Shown in pieces: positions 10,733-21,968 of a DNA stretch of 64,000 nucleotides (within the stretch, counting starts at the first letter, position 1; each line of letters begins with the position of its first letter). A program made the position numbers and the translations under genes. The notes below the pieces were generated by a model. It was not told the origin of the DNA. It ran no database searches and saw nothing but the letters and a program-made list of their open reading frames with translations. The stretch spans positions 1 to 64,000 of the forward strand of contig JAZDJN010000054.1 in NCBI GenBank assembly GCA_043803945.1, in the 5' to 3' direction. Source of the stretch: a bacterium (GTDB lineage Bacteria > Bacteroidota > Ignavibacteria > UBA10030).

Positions 10733-11272
10733 GTGAAACGATCTATTTCGTTGTTGGTGGTTGTTCTCTCACTGTTCTGTATCTCCACATCGCTCTTTGC
10801 TCAGGCAACAAAAGCTGCCTTTGTTGACTCCGATGTGATTCTCCGCGAATTACCTGAGGCAAGGCAGGCTTCACAGGAAATTGAAGTGCTGGTAGCGGCC
10901 TGGAGGGATTCGCTTGAGAAAATGAACACAGATTTGCAGAAACAAATTGAAGAGTATCAAAAGAAAGAAGCCATGATGTCTGCTGCAAATAAGGATGCAG
11001 AGCAAAAGCGGCTTGCCGATATCCGGCAGAAAATGCAAGACTACTACAACCAAAGATTTGATGCAAGAGCCGGCGAGGGTGCCGTTGCACGGGAACGCAA
11101 ACTTGCTCCAATCAGAGAAAAAATCTTAAAAGTTATTGAGACGACTGCAAAGGAAGATGGATTTAACTTTGTATTCGATCGCCCGAATGTCCTGTATGCC
11201 GATAATAAAGTGGACCTGACGTATAAGGTTCTCGATCGCTTAAAGAGGGGCACAGCAGTAAAAGGCAAATAA
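10733..11272 (+). CDS. skp: OmpH/Skp periplasmic chaperone
   Basis: Signal peptide, AFVDSDVIL, long coiled coil, FVFD...LYAD...DLT. GTG start after GAGG. Confidence 0.9.
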   Translation: MKRSISLLVVVLSLFCISTSLFAQATKAAFVDSDVILRELPEARQASQEIEVLVAAWRDSLEKMNTDLQKQIEEYQKKEAMMSAANKDAEQKRLADIRQKMQDYYNQRFDARAGEGAVARERKLAPIREKILKVIETTAKEDGFNFVFDRPNVLYADNKVDLTYKVLDRLKRGTAVKGK

Positions 11273-11335
11273 ATCCAATGGATGCCAAGCGATGTCGATG
11301 AATGCTCTTCACTATACCGAGTAAAGGGAGGATGT

Positions 11336-11866
11336 ATGAGGAACGTATTGTTTATACTCGCTATCGGTGTCCTCTACCTGGGCACTGCGTCGGGTCAGAT
11401 GAAAATCGGTTATATCAGCACTGATGCAATTATGAAACAGTTGCCTGATGCGCAGGATGCGCAGCGACAACTCGATGGACTGGTTGCCGACTGGCAATCG
11501 GAGTTGAATAAAGTGCAGCAGGATTGGCAGAAGAAATTCGACGACTACGAAAAGCGGAAGCTGATTCTGACGGATCAACGCAGGTCGGAAGTTGAAAAAG
11601 AGCTGCGCGAACTTGATCAGAAACTCGTCGATTTTCGCAATCGAAAATTTGGCCAAAATGGAGAACTGTTCGGCAAGCAGGGTGAGTTAATGAAACCGGT
11701 GCAGGATCGTGTCTTCAAGGCCATTCAGACAGTTGCCACTGAGGAAGGGTATGACTACATCTTTGATAAGAGCGGAGAGATCCTTCTCATGTATGCTAAT
11801 GAAAAATACGATCTCACCTCCAAAGTGCTCGCTAAACTGAATGTTGTTGCACCAGCTGGAAAGTAA
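11336..11866 (+). CDS. skp: OmpH/Skp periplasmic chaperone (second paralog)
   Basis: KIGYIST...LPDA and GYDYIFDK...YDLT. ATG start after GGAGG. Confidence 0.9.
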   Translation: MRNVLFILAIGVLYLGTASGQMKIGYISTDAIMKQLPDAQDAQRQLDGLVADWQSELNKVQQDWQKKFDDYEKRKLILTDQRRSEVEKELRELDQKLVDFRNRKFGQNGELFGKQGELMKPVQDRVFKAIQTVATEEGYDYIFDKSGEILLMYANEKYDLTSKVLAKLNVVAPAGK

Positions 11867-11881
11867 TTACTCGAAGATTGC

Positions 11882-12940
11882 ATGACCGTTCAAGAGATTG
11901 CCGCCCTCCTCGAAGGAGAAGTTGTCGGAAACGGAGTTCTGGAGATTACCCGGGTTGCTAAGATCGAAGAAGCTCACTCGGGTGATCTCACATTTTTTGC
12001 AAATCCGAAGTACGAGAAATACCTTCATTCCACACAGGCCTCCGCAGTCCTGGTTTCCATGAAACTTGATACTTCTCGATATCCTCTATCGGGAATCACC
12101 TTCATCCGTGTTCACGATCCGTATCTCTCCTTCCTTACGATGTTGAAACGCTTGACACCGATGGTTGACCCCTTCTCCCAAGGAATCGCGCGCTCAGCGG
12201 TCATTGATCCGACAGCAAAGCTCGGCATGAATGTTGCATTGGGTGAATGTGTCGTGATCGAAGAACATACCACAATCGGAGACAATACGAGAATTTCCAG
12301 TGGCAGCGTCATCGGAAAACATGCCAGGGTCGGAAGCGATTGTCTTTTATACGCGAACGTAACGCTCTACCATCAGTGCACACTGGGTGATCGTGTTATT
12401 GTCCATTCCGGAACGGTGATTGGAAGTGACGGATTTGGATTTGCGCCGCAACAAGACGGTTCCTATGAAAAGATCCCTCAATTGGGAATCGTCGTCGTTG
12501 GGGACGATGTTGAGATCGGAGCAAATTGCACGATCGACAGGGCCACACTTGGAGCAACGCGAGTGGAGAAGGGTGTCAAACTCGACAATATGGTTCACCT
12601 CGGCCATAATGTCCATATTGGAGAACATACAGTTATCGCGGGGCAAACCGGAATCAGCGGGAGTACAAAAATTGGAAAACATTGCATGATTGGAGGACAG
12701 GTGGGGATTGCCGGCCATATTGAAATCGCGGATCGAGTCGTCATCATGGGACAATCTGGCGTCACGAAAGGAATCAAAGAACCCGGCACGACGCATTTCG
12801 GATATCCTGCAAAAGAGCATGGAAAAGCATTAAGAATGGAGGCAGCACTCCGGTCGTTGCCGGAGTTGATGAAGGAATTTCAGGCTCTTCAACGTGCCGT
12901 TGAAGAGCTGAAAGAACAGAATGAAGGGAAGAAATCTTAA
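11882..12940 (+). CDS. lpxD: UDP-3-O-acylglucosamine N-acyltransferase
   Basis: TFFANPKY, hexapeptide repeats, GSDGFGFA and IDRATLG...KLDNMVHLGHNV. Confidence 0.96.
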   Translation: MTVQEIAALLEGEVVGNGVLEITRVAKIEEAHSGDLTFFANPKYEKYLHSTQASAVLVSMKLDTSRYPLSGITFIRVHDPYLSFLTMLKRLTPMVDPFSQGIARSAVIDPTAKLGMNVALGECVVIEEHTTIGDNTRISSGSVIGKHARVGSDCLLYANVTLYHQCTLGDRVIVHSGTVIGSDGFGFAPQQDGSYEKIPQLGIVVVGDDVEIGANCTIDRATLGATRVEKGVKLDNMVHLGHNVHIGEHTVIAGQTGISGSTKIGKHCMIGGQVGIAGHIEIADRVVIMGQSGVTKGIKEPGTTHFGYPAKEHGKALRMEAALRSLPELMKEFQALQRAVEELKEQNEGKKS

Positions 12941-12958
12941 TTTAATAGCAAGGACTCT

Positions 12959-14368
12959 ATGCTTATTCAGCAACACACCATAAAAAAACCAGTCACGTTG
13001 ACCGGTGTAGGATTGCACACCGGAGTTCAGACCACCATGACATTCAAGCCGGCGCCCGAACATTTCGGAATTCGCTTTCGCCGGATTGATGTTGGCGGAA
13101 CACCGGAAATCCCTGCCGATGTCGATCATGTGGTTGATGTAACCCGCGGCACCACAATCGGTATCGGCGACGTCCGAGTCCACACAGTGGAGCATGTTCT
13201 TGCAGCGATCGTCGGCATGCAGGTCGATAACATGATCATTGAGTTGAATAACATTGAGCCTCCTATTGTCGACGGCAGTTCGCGCCCCTTTGTCGATCTG
13301 ATTATCGAAGCTGGAGTTCAGGAACAGGAAGCGCCCAAGGATTATCTGATCATTGACCAGACAATTCGCTATATCAATGAAGAAAAGGGTGTAGACATCG
13401 TTGCCCTTCCGACCGACGATTTCCGTGTAACGGTTCTTGTCGATTACAATAATCCTGCGTTGGGGAGCCAACACACCGGTCTCTTCAATCTTGAAAAAGA
13501 ATTTGTCTCTGAATTTTCGCAATCCCGGACATTCTGCTTCCTCCATGAAGTAGAGATGCTTTTTGATCAGGGATTGATCAAAGGCGGTAACCTGGATAAT
13601 GCCATCGTCATTGTCGACCGTGAACTATCGGATGACGAACTTCGGCGTTTGACCAAGAAGCTTGGGATCGATCATTCGGTCATCCTTGGGAACAGCGGGG
13701 TTCTGAATGATAACAAGCTTCATTTCAAAAATGAACCCGCTCGCCACAAGCTGGTTGATTTAATGGGAGATCTGGCACTGATTGGCGCTCCCATAAAAGC
13801 CCAAATTCTGGCAGCGCGCCCCGGCCACGCAAGCAATATCGAATTTGCACGAAAAGTACGAAGACTGTATCAACAGAAAAAATTGGTGAAGAAGTATCAG
13901 TTCGAACGCAAAGAGGGAGTGATCTTCGACATCAATGCGATTCAACGAATTCTTCCCCACCGCTATCCATTCCTCCTCGTCGATAAAATCGTCGATTTCA
14001 AACTTGATGAACGCGCAGTCGGTGTCAAGAATGTAACGATGAACGAGCATTTCTTCACCGGTCATTTCCCAGGCCAACCGATAATGCCGGGCGTACTCAT
14101 CATTGAAGCTCTGGCTCAGACCGGAGGAGTGCTGCTCCTGAATGGTGTCGAAAATCCAGGCGATAAGCTGGTCTATTTCATGTCGATCAATAATGTGAAA
14201 TTCAGGAAACCGGTTGTCCCGGGCGATCAGTTGATCCTCGATGTGGAGATGATCAGCCGCCGATCAAAGATTATTCAAATTAAAGGTAACGCATATGTCG
14301 ATAATACTCTCGTAGCGGAAGGCGAATTTACTGCTGCGGTGATCGACAAGAAAAATTCTAACACGTAA
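12959..14368 (+). CDS. lpxC: Bifunctional LpxC/FabZ fusion
   Basis: LpxC TVEH and RHKLVDLMGD zinc motifs, followed by FabZ LPHRYPFLLVD and GHFPGQPIMPGVLIIE. Confidence 0.96.
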   Translation: MLIQQHTIKKPVTLTGVGLHTGVQTTMTFKPAPEHFGIRFRRIDVGGTPEIPADVDHVVDVTRGTTIGIGDVRVHTVEHVLAAIVGMQVDNMIIELNNIEPPIVDGSSRPFVDLIIEAGVQEQEAPKDYLIIDQTIRYINEEKGVDIVALPTDDFRVTVLVDYNNPALGSQHTGLFNLEKEFVSEFSQSRTFCFLHEVEMLFDQGLIKGGNLDNAIVIVDRELSDDELRRLTKKLGIDHSVILGNSGVLNDNKLHFKNEPARHKLVDLMGDLALIGAPIKAQILAARPGHASNIEFARKVRRLYQQKKLVKKYQFERKEGVIFDINAIQRILPHRYPFLLVDKIVDFKLDERAVGVKNVTMNEHFFTGHFPGQPIMPGVLIIEALAQTGGVLLLNGVENPGDKLVYFMSINNVKFRKPVVPGDQLILDVEMISRRSKIIQIKGNAYVDNTLVAEGEFTAAVIDKKNSNT

Positions 14369-14405
14369 TCAGGCCTCACCAGGTCGCTAAGCAGAAGACT
14401 ATTCT

Positions 14406-15200
14406 ATGGCAATACATATCGATTCTCATGCCGCTGTCAGTCCCAAAGCAACTATCTCCGATGGTGTCCGCATCGGTCCGTTCAGCGTCATCCAGGATGA
14501 TGTCATTATAGGAGAAGGAACCTGGATTGGCTCCAACGTAGAAGTCTCAAACGGTACCCGAATCGGCCGTGAAGGCAAGATTCATCATGGTGCCGCGATT
14601 GGAGGCCCTCCTCAGGATCTCAAATACAAGGGCGAACCAACCACACTCGAGATTGGTGACCACGTGGTTGCGCGTGAATATGTAACATTGAATCGAGGCA
14701 CCAGCGAGACGGGAAAAACAACCATAGGGAATGACTGCCTCTTCATGGCATACGCTCACGTTGCTCATGATTGCAGAGTGGGCAATAATGTCATTATGGC
14801 AAATTGTTGTGCTCTCGGGGGGCATGTTACGCTGGGAAATTGGGTCATCATTGGCGGCATGACCCCGGTACATCAGTTCGGAAAGGTGGGAGACCATGTG
14901 ATGCTTGCCGGTGGCTTTCGCGCAGTGAAGGATGTCCCACCCTTTATCCTTGCGGGACAAGAGCCGCTCGTTTTCGAAGGATTGAATATTATTGGGTTGC
15001 GCCGTCGCGGGTTTTCTCCGAAGGCTATCGAAATCATCGATAAAGCCTATTATTTGATCTATCAATCCAATCTGAATGTCTCGCAGGCCGTTGCACGAAT
15101 CAAAGAAGAAGTTGAATTGATCCCCGAAGTTCAATCCATTCTAGATTTTATTGCACAGAGCAAGCGAGGGATTATCCCCGCGCTTCGTCATCGTTCATGA
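14406..15200 (+). CDS. lpxA: Acyl-ACP--UDP-GlcNAc O-acyltransferase
   Basis: PQDLKYKGE, MAYAHVAHDC and HQF motifs plus hexapeptide repeats. Confidence 0.96.
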   Translation: MAIHIDSHAAVSPKATISDGVRIGPFSVIQDDVIIGEGTWIGSNVEVSNGTRIGREGKIHHGAAIGGPPQDLKYKGEPTTLEIGDHVVAREYVTLNRGTSETGKTTIGNDCLFMAYAHVAHDCRVGNNVIMANCCALGGHVTLGNWVIIGGMTPVHQFGKVGDHVMLAGGFRAVKDVPPFILAGQEPLVFEGLNIIGLRRRGFSPKAIEIIDKAYYLIYQSNLNVSQAVARIKEEVELIPEVQSILDFIAQSKRGIIPALRHRS

Positions 15201-15988
15201 GTTGGCGGTTCGAGAATACAGGCCGGCAATCGGGTAAATATAATATGGAGTATGATGAGCGGCTGGTACGCTCGTTACTCGGTGACTCCGGTACGCCAAC
15301 CGTAAGAGTCTATGGCTGGAATCCTCCGGCCATTTCCCTTGGGTATCATCAATCTATGGAAGACGTTGACCTCGAACGCTGTCGTCAGTCGGGTATCGAT
15401 GTCGTACGGAGACCTACTGGGGGCAGAGCAATTCTGCATTCTGAAGAAGTCACCTATTGTGTTGCTATGCCAACCTCGGGCAAATCTGTACTCACCATCT
15501 ATAATGAAATCAGCAGAGCGCTACTGCGTGGATTGGATGAACTCGGTGCGCGTATCGAATTTCAGAAGTCACAGCCGCATTTCCCGACACTCTATAAAAG
15601 TCCCTCCTCATCGGCATGCTTCAGCAGCTCCGCACGGTATGAGCTCCAGATTCGGGGAAAGAAACTTGTGGGGAGTGCGCAGCGGCGTTTTGTGGCATCC
15701 GATGGACGTGAGGTTGTCCTTCAGCACGGGTCTATCCTCCTTGGAAGTGATCATAAACGGATTGTTCAATTCCTTAGGCTTCCCAGGATGGTGGATCAAC
15801 AGATTCTTCAAAAGGAAATGGATGAGAAAACTATCGATCTTTCCTCGGCGAAGGGTGTTACACTAACATTCGACGAGGTAGCGCCGCTCATCAAAAAAGG
15901 ATTTGAGCAAGAGTGGCAGATCCGGTTTGAAGACGAACGAATGGAAGCAAGCGCATATAACGCTATTTCTCCAACGGACAAGGGCTAA
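15197..15988 (+). CDS. Lipoate-protein ligase A / octanoyltransferase (LipM/LipL-like)
   Basis: RRPTGGRAILH, KKLVGSAQRR and LQHGSI. Confidence 0.9.
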   Translation: MSWRFENTGRQSGKYNMEYDERLVRSLLGDSGTPTVRVYGWNPPAISLGYHQSMEDVDLERCRQSGIDVVRRPTGGRAILHSEEVTYCVAMPTSGKSVLTIYNEISRALLRGLDELGARIEFQKSQPHFPTLYKSPSSSACFSSSARYELQIRGKKLVGSAQRRFVASDGREVVLQHGSILLGSDHKRIVQFLRLPRMVDQQILQKEMDEKTIDLSSAKGVTLTFDEVAPLIKKGFEQEWQIRFEDERMEASAYNAISPTDKG

Positions 15989-16048
15989 AACCGCCGGTAG
16001 AAAAGTGTGTTGTGCTGGAGGTATTTTTTTGATATTATTCAATTGACG

Positions 16049-16843
16049 ATGAAAAAGAAACAAACACATCGACGGCTAAACATTCTTGTCAGTAATGATG
16101 ACGGAATTGATGCTCCGGGAATCTATGCTCTGGTGAAGGAACTTCGCCGTATTGGTACTGTGAGTGTTGTTGCGCCTGAGCGGCAGCAGAGTGCGGTTGG
16201 GCATGCTATTACAATGAATGTTCCCTTACGTGCCCGTGAGTTCTACAAGAATGGAAAATTCTTCGGCCATGCTGTTGATGGGACTCCTGCCGACTGCGTC
16301 AAGCTTGCGGTGAAGGCACTGCTCAAACAGAAACCAGATATCGTCGTCTCGGGAATAAACCATGGTGCCAACACGGCAATCAGTATTATTTACTCGGGCA
16401 CTGTGTCCGCTGCCACAGAAGGCACGGTCCTCGGTATTCCATCAATTGCTTTATCGCTTACAACATATGGGAAAGCGGATTTTTCCTACGCCGCATCATT
16501 TGCAAGAAAATTAATTCCATTTGTCCTGAAGCATGGATTACCAGACGGAGTACTATTGAATGTAAATATCCCTCCACTCCGTGCGAGGGAGATTAAAGGT
16601 GTCATTGTAACACGTCAGGGAAGGGCAATCTGGGACGATATGTTCGATGCACGCCGTGATCCGGCAAACAAAGAATACTACTGGCTCACCGGAGCTCTCG
16701 AAAACAGAGATCTTGAACAGGGAGTGGATCAATGGGCTGTCTCCAATAACTACATTTCTGTCACACCCATTCATTACGACCTGACGAATTACCCCATGTT
16801 CGAGAAGATGCTGGAGTGGGGAATTGAGAAATTAAAGAACTAA
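16049..16843 (+). CDS. surE: 5'/3'-nucleotidase SurE
   Basis: ILVSNDDG, GTPADCV, SGINHGAN and YSGTVSAA. Confidence 0.96.
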   Translation: MKKKQTHRRLNILVSNDDGIDAPGIYALVKELRRIGTVSVVAPERQQSAVGHAITMNVPLRAREFYKNGKFFGHAVDGTPADCVKLAVKALLKQKPDIVVSGINHGANTAISIIYSGTVSAATEGTVLGIPSIALSLTTYGKADFSYAASFARKLIPFVLKHGLPDGVLLNVNIPPLRAREIKGVIVTRQGRAIWDDMFDARRDPANKEYYWLTGALENRDLEQGVDQWAVSNNYISVTPIHYDLTNYPMFEKMLEWGIEKLKN

Positions 16844-16874
16844 ACTACACTGAATTATAAAGGATCATTGAATT

Positions 16875-18035
16875 ATGAGAATTGGAATCTTAACTGGTGG
16901 CGGCGATGTGCCTGGGCTGAATCCGTGTATCAAGGCCGTCGTCTATCGCGCTGCAGATAATGGCGCTGAGGTAATAGGGATTCGACGTGGGTGGGGCGGC
17001 CTTCTGAATTTCGACCTTCACTCATATGACAATGAGGGAAATCACTACATCCCTCTCAATAAAATAAATACTCGCACGATTGATCGGTCAGGCGGAACAT
17101 TTCTGCACACCTCCCGGACAAATCCGGCAAAAGTACGAAAACCGGATATTCCATCGTTCCTAAGGAATATCGAACATGAAAGTATGGGAGAGAATGATCG
17201 GATCGACTTTACCAGCCATGTACTGAAGGTCGTTGAAAAGTTAAAGCTGGATGTTCTGATCACGATTGGCGGAGATGACACACAGAGTTATGCTGTGCGG
17301 ATGCATAAAGAGGGAGTTCCGGTTATTGCTATCCCGAAAACGATGGATAACGATGTCTTTGGTACGGATTATTGCATCGGATTTTCGACAGCAGTGACGC
17401 GCAGTGTCGATTTTATTACTGCGCTCCGGACCGTCGCAGGTTCTCATGAACGAATTGCCGTTGTCGAACTTTTTGGTCGCAATTCCGGTGAGACCTCGCT
17501 CATCACGGCTTATCTCGCCGGAGTTGATCGGGCGATTATTTCTGAAGTACCATTTGACGTAGAAAAGCTCACCAAACTTCTCCTTGATGACAAGAATCAT
17601 AATCCAAGCCATTACGCCATTATGACAATCTCTGAAGGTGCTCATCTTATCGGCGGTCAAATTGTGGAGTACGGTGAGGAAGATGCCTTTGGTCATAAAA
17701 AACTCGGGGGAATCGGCGCCGTTACAGAACAGGCAATCAAGAAATTAACCGGTGCGCACACCGTCTATCAGCAGATAGCCTATCTGATGCGGAGCGGTGA
17801 GCCGGATGCTCTGGACCGTATGGTGGCAATCAGTTATGCAAACCTCGCAACGGACCTTGCGTTAAAGAAGGAATCGGGAAGGATGGTCGCACTCTGTGAG
17901 GGAAAATATACAACCATCCCTCTTGATTCATTGACCCAAGGATTAAAACGAGTTGATGTCTCTGAACTATATGATGCAGAGAATTATTGCCCGAAGGTAG
18001 CACATCTCCTGGGCAAACCAATGTTCTTGTATTAA
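16875..18035 (+). CDS. Phosphofructokinase (PfkA family, probably PPi-dependent)
   Basis: [22 protein letters not shown] and ELFGR. Confidence 0.92.
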   Translation: MRIGILTGGGDVPGLNPCIKAVVYRAADNGAEVIGIRRGWGGLLNFDLHSYDNEGNHYIPLNKINTRTIDRSGGTFLHTSRTNPAKVRKPDIPSFLRNIEHESMGENDRIDFTSHVLKVVEKLKLDVLITIGGDDTQSYAVRMHKEGVPVIAIPKTMDNDVFGTDYCIGFSTAVTRSVDFITALRTVAGSHERIAVVELFGRNSGETSLITAYLAGVDRAIISEVPFDVEKLTKLLLDDKNHNPSHYAIMTISEGAHLIGGQIVEYGEEDAFGHKKLGGIGAVTEQAIKKLTGAHTVYQQIAYLMRSGEPDALDRMVAISYANLATDLALKKESGRMVALCEGKYTTIPLDSLTQGLKRVDVSELYDAENYCPKVAHLLGKPMFLY

Positions 18036-18066
18036 GAGATCTATGCTTCAGCATTTTCTTGGGATT

Positions 18067-18092
18067 GGAGCCGGGTGATCCGGCTCTTTTTC
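18067..18092 (+). terminator. Intrinsic terminator after pfk
   Basis: GAGCCGG-GTGAT-CCGGCTC followed by TTTTT. Confidence 0.75.
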
Positions 18093-18233
18093 TATTTTAT
18101 GAAAATATTGATACTGCCGGCTCTCTGTTTCTCCATGAGATTAGATTGTTACTGAAAATTGTCTGGCGATGGAACATTAATTAACTTGATAGTCAGTCTT
18201 TGGATTGCAACTATTGGTGATTGAGTTCTACCT

Positions 18234-20837
18234 ATGTCTACCCCCTTAATGCGACAATATCAGCAAGTCAAGGCACGCTACCCTGATACTATCCTGTTAT
18301 TTCGGATGGGGGATTTTTATGAAACCTTTGAAGAAGATGCCAAGACAGCCTCGAAAGTCCTTGGAATCACACTTACAAGGAGGGGGAGTGGCACTGCCGG
18401 TGAAGTGCCACTTGCTGGATTTCCATACCATGCACTTGATGCCTACCTGCCCAAATTAATAAAAGCCGGGTATCGGGTTGCAATTTGTGAGCAACTCGAG
18501 GATCCGAAGTTCGCAAAAGGAATTGTCAAGAGGGATGTTATCGAGGTCGTTACTCCCGGAGTTGCGTTCTCCGAGAAGGTCCTCGAGAATAAACAAAATA
18601 ATTATCTCGCTGCCGTTGCACTCTCTTCACCGTTAGCCACAGGGGGGCATGCCCTCGGTTTTGCATTCATTGATGTATCAACAGGAGAGTTCAACGTTAC
18701 TGAATTTCCTCTCAGGCATCTCACTGAGCAACTGGCGAGCCTTCAACCCTCTGAGCTCATTGTACAAAAACGCGATCGTGACACAATTCAGGCACTCCTC
18801 AAGAATAAAGCTCGGCCATTAATCACGAAGACGGAAGATTGGGTGTTCACAGTTGATTATGGGTATGAAGTTCTGGTTAATCACTTTAAAACTCAATCGT
18901 TAAAAGGATTTGGCCTTGAAGAGATGCGGATCGGTATTGTTGCCGCTGGAGCAATTATGCACTATCTCCAGGAGACGCAAAAAGCAAACCTTCCACACAT
19001 AAAAAAAATTTCACCCTATAGTATCGACGATTTTATTGTTCTTGATGCATCGACCAAGCGAAACCTTGAGATTACAGCTTCCATGTCGGGTTCGTCAGAT
19101 GGCACACTCTTCTCCATTCTGGATCAAACACAAACACCGATGGGGGGTAGATTACTGAAGATCTGGATCAACCGGCCCCTGAAAAGTGTTGAACCTATTA
19201 GGAAAAGATTGGAGGCAGTCGGGGAATTCGTCAGGGACGACCAGACCAGGAAAAAGATACGAGCAGAGTTGAACCAAATTGGCGATCTGGAGCGGCTGAT
19301 AGCCAGGATCGCTACCAACCGTGCCAATCCACGAGAACTCAAAGTACTCAGTACCTATCTCCAAATAATCCCAAGATTACAGCAGCAGTTAAAAGCTGCC
19401 CAATCGTCGTCGGTCAGAGAACTCTGCAATGCTCTCGATCCATTGGAAAATGTTGTTTCGATCATCCAACGCGGATTGGAAGATGATCCACCGCTCTCCA
19501 TGGCTGATGGCGGGGTGATCCGGAAGGGATTTCATACGGAGCTTGATGAACTCCGCAGTATCGCTTTTGGCGGAAAAGAGTGGATCGCCAAACTCCAGCA
19601 GCAGGAGAGGCTGAGAACAGGCATCTCTTCACTAAAGGTGGGATACAACAATGTCCTCGGGTACTACATTGAAATTACCCATACCCACAAAGACAAAATT
19701 CCACAGAACTATATCAGAAAACAGACGTTGACAAATGCGGAGCGCTTCATTACTCCAGAGCTCAAAGAATATGAAGACCGTATTCTGCACGCTGAGGAAA
19801 AAATCCTCAGCCTGGAGACGCGTCTCTTCGATGAACTGCGAAACGCTGTCGCAGAACACGCACAGAGTATCCAGCAGAATGCCTCCATGATTGCTCAACT
19901 CGATTGTTTCATCTCGCTTGCGTTAGTCGCCGTAGAGTATGGGTATAACTGTCCGCAACTCGAAAACTCATCCAGGATTGTCATCAAGAACGGCCGTCAT
20001 CCGGTGATTGAACGGCTCTTACCTCCCGGCGAACGTTATACTCCAAATGATACACTCCTCGATCTGGAGGAAAATCAGATCCTGATCATCACAGGTCCGA
20101 ACATGAGCGGAAAATCGAGCTACCTTCGGCAGGTCGGATTGATTGTGCTGCTGGCTCAGATCGGAAGCTTTGTTCCAGCGGAGAGTGTCACCATGGGAGT
20201 GGTCGATCGCATTTACACACGCGTCGGTGCCAGTGATAATATTACTTCCGGTGAGAGTACATTTTTGGTTGAGATGCACGAAGCAGCAAGCATTGTCAAC
20301 ACTGCCACAGAGCGAAGCTTGATACTACTGGATGAGATCGGACGAGGTACGAGCACATTTGATGGTATTAGTATCGCCTGGGCTCTAACCGAATACATTC
20401 ACTCCAAATTGGGAGTCAAGACTCTCTTTGCCACACATTACCACGAGTTAAATGAGCTGGCAGAATTGTATTCCCGGATTAAAAATTATAAGGTCGATGT
20501 CAGAGAATATGGCGATAAAGTTGTGTTCCTTCATAAAGTTGTGCCCGGATTCGCTGACCATTCCTACGGTATCCAGGTTGCTCAGATGGCCGGCCTCCCG
20601 GATGAGATTACCGAACGGGCAAAAAAAATCCTGCGCAATCTCGAAGCTTCCGAACTCAACGTTCATTCTTCGGGAAAGCAGGTGAAGGGCCGAATCCCTC
20701 CGCCGGAAGTTCAATTAACCTTATTCGAGGTCAAGGATGACCATCTGCGCGAACAATTAAAGCAGTTAAATGTTGAGAAGATGACTCCACTCGACGCACT
20801 CCAAAAGTTAGCTGAATTGAAGAAGACACTCGAATAA
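18234..20837 (+). CDS. mutS: DNA mismatch repair protein MutS
   Basis: TPLMRQY, FRMGDFYE, TGPNMSGKS, DEIGRGTST and FATHYHEL. Confidence 0.97.
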   Translation: MSTPLMRQYQQVKARYPDTILLFRMGDFYETFEEDAKTASKVLGITLTRRGSGTAGEVPLAGFPYHALDAYLPKLIKAGYRVAICEQLEDPKFAKGIVKRDVIEVVTPGVAFSEKVLENKQNNYLAAVALSSPLATGGHALGFAFIDVSTGEFNVTEFPLRHLTEQLASLQPSELIVQKRDRDTIQALLKNKARPLITKTEDWVFTVDYGYEVLVNHFKTQSLKGFGLEEMRIGIVAAGAIMHYLQETQKANLPHIKKISPYSIDDFIVLDASTKRNLEITASMSGSSDGTLFSILDQTQTPMGGRLLKIWINRPLKSVEPIRKRLEAVGEFVRDDQTRKKIRAELNQIGDLERLIARIATNRANPRELKVLSTYLQIIPRLQQQLKAAQSSSVRELCNALDPLENVVSIIQRGLEDDPPLSMADGGVIRKGFHTELDELRSIAFGGKEWIAKLQQQERLRTGISSLKVGYNNVLGYYIEITHTHKDKIPQNYIRKQTLTNAERFITPELKEYEDRILHAEEKILSLETRLFDELRNAVAEHAQSIQQNASMIAQLDCFISLALVAVEYGYNCPQLENSSRIVIKNGRHPVIERLLPPGERYTPNDTLLDLEENQILIITGPNMSGKSSYLRQVGLIVLLAQIGSFVPAESVTMGVVDRIYTRVGASDNITSGESTFLVEMHEAASIVNTATERSLILLDEIGRGTSTFDGISIAWALTEYIHSKLGVKTLFATHYHELNELAELYSRIKNYKVDVREYGDKVVFLHKVVPGFADHSYGIQVAQMAGLPDEITERAKKILRNLEASELNVHSSGKQVKGRIPPPEVQLTLFEVKDDHLREQLKQLNVEKMTPLDALQKLAELKKTLE

Positions 20838-20937
20838 CCAAAGTATCGAATCAGGGGAACAGATAGATGGCGAAGAAGAAATCCTTTTCTTTTTGAATAT
20901 TTCCTTGAAGTTGGTGTATCAACTATAGAACCTGACA

Positions 20938-21516
20938 ATGGAATCAACGGAGCAGACAGAAGCTGATTGGATAGTACGCTGTCAGCGGGGAGACAAAGAA
21001 GCCTTCAGCTTCCTCGTTAAGAGGTATATGCGGCCAGCGTATTATACCGCTTTAAGTTATGTCGGAGCGCATGAAGACGCTTTGGATCTATCTCAAGAGG
21101 CATTTGCGAAGGCCTATATTGCCCTGCCGCGATTTGAAGTTGGGAAAAAGTTCTATACCTGGTACTATCAGATATTGAAAAATTTGTGTTTGAATCACAT
21201 TCGAAACAGGAAGGGTAAGGCAGTGAGTTTTTCAAGTTCTCATCTCACTCAGGATGATAACGAAGATACCCACGATCCAGAATCGCCAGACGAACCCCCG
21301 GACATCCAATTAGAGCGGAAGGAACTCCGTGAACAGGTTTGGACAGCATTATGGCAGTTGGATCCATCAGACCGCCAACTCATCGTAGCACGAGATATTC
21401 TCAATACTTCTTATGAAATGCTGGCCGAATTGATGGATTGCCCCCTGGGGACAGTGATGTCGAGGTTGTATTATGCACGGAAAAAATTAAAACAGAGGCT
21501 GCAAGAGAACATGTGA
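20938..21516 (+). CDS. ECF RNA polymerase sigma factor
   Basis: Region 2 (DALDLSQEAF, FYTWYYQI) and region 4 (SYE...GTVMSRLYYAR). Confidence 0.92.
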   Translation: MESTEQTEADWIVRCQRGDKEAFSFLVKRYMRPAYYTALSYVGAHEDALDLSQEAFAKAYIALPRFEVGKKFYTWYYQILKNLCLNHIRNRKGKAVSFSSSHLTQDDNEDTHDPESPDEPPDIQLERKELREQVWTALWQLDPSDRQLIVARDILNTSYEMLAELMDCPLGTVMSRLYYARKKLKQRLQENM

Positions 21517-21968
21517 TGGCGGAATTATCCGAGCGAGAACAGACAATACTCGTAAAAGCGTTAGAAGGCACGTTAAGTGCTTCCGAACGAAAAGAATTTG
21601 ATATATTGCTGCAAGCGAATAGTGACTTTGCATTTGAATGGCGAACAATGAAACCAATTACGGAGGCGACCATGGCATTGAAATTCAGAGTACCGAATGA
21701 AGAAACATGGGACCGGTACTGGGCTGGTGTTTACTCTCGAATGGAACGAGGTTTTGCCTGGCTTCTGATGAGCATAGGCGGTGCAATCATAATAGCTCTA
21801 GCGCTCTTTCAGGGATCAATGGCTATTGCGCAGGATACCGCGATGCCTCTTATTTTTAAAATTGCCCTGGGTGTATTGTTCCTCGGCGTTGGGGTTCTCT
21901 TAGTCTCAGTCATTCGTGAGAAATGGGTCATTGGAAAAACTGATAAATACAAGGAAGTCATCCGATGA
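21516..21968 (+). CDS. Putative membrane anti-sigma factor
   Basis: TGATG overlap with the sigma gene; N-terminal anti-sigma-like helix and two TM segments. Confidence 0.7.
   Translation: MAELSEREQTILVKALEGTLSASERKEFDILLQANSDFAFEWRTMKPITEATMALKFRVPNEETWDRYWAGVYSRMERGFAWLLMSIGGAIIIALALFQGSMAIAQDTAMPLIFKIALGVLFLGVGVLLVSVIREKWVIGKTDKYKEVIR

Noticed and set aside
12830-13546. Long antisense ORFs (also 14547-15134, 30283-30969, 46194-46910, 55033-55710)
   Set aside because: Shadow frames opposite well-supported genes.
7490-15200. lpxC-fabZ fusion and two skp genes as novelty
   Set aside because: Normal for Bacteroidota/Chlorobi-related bacteria; useful only as a taxonomic hint.
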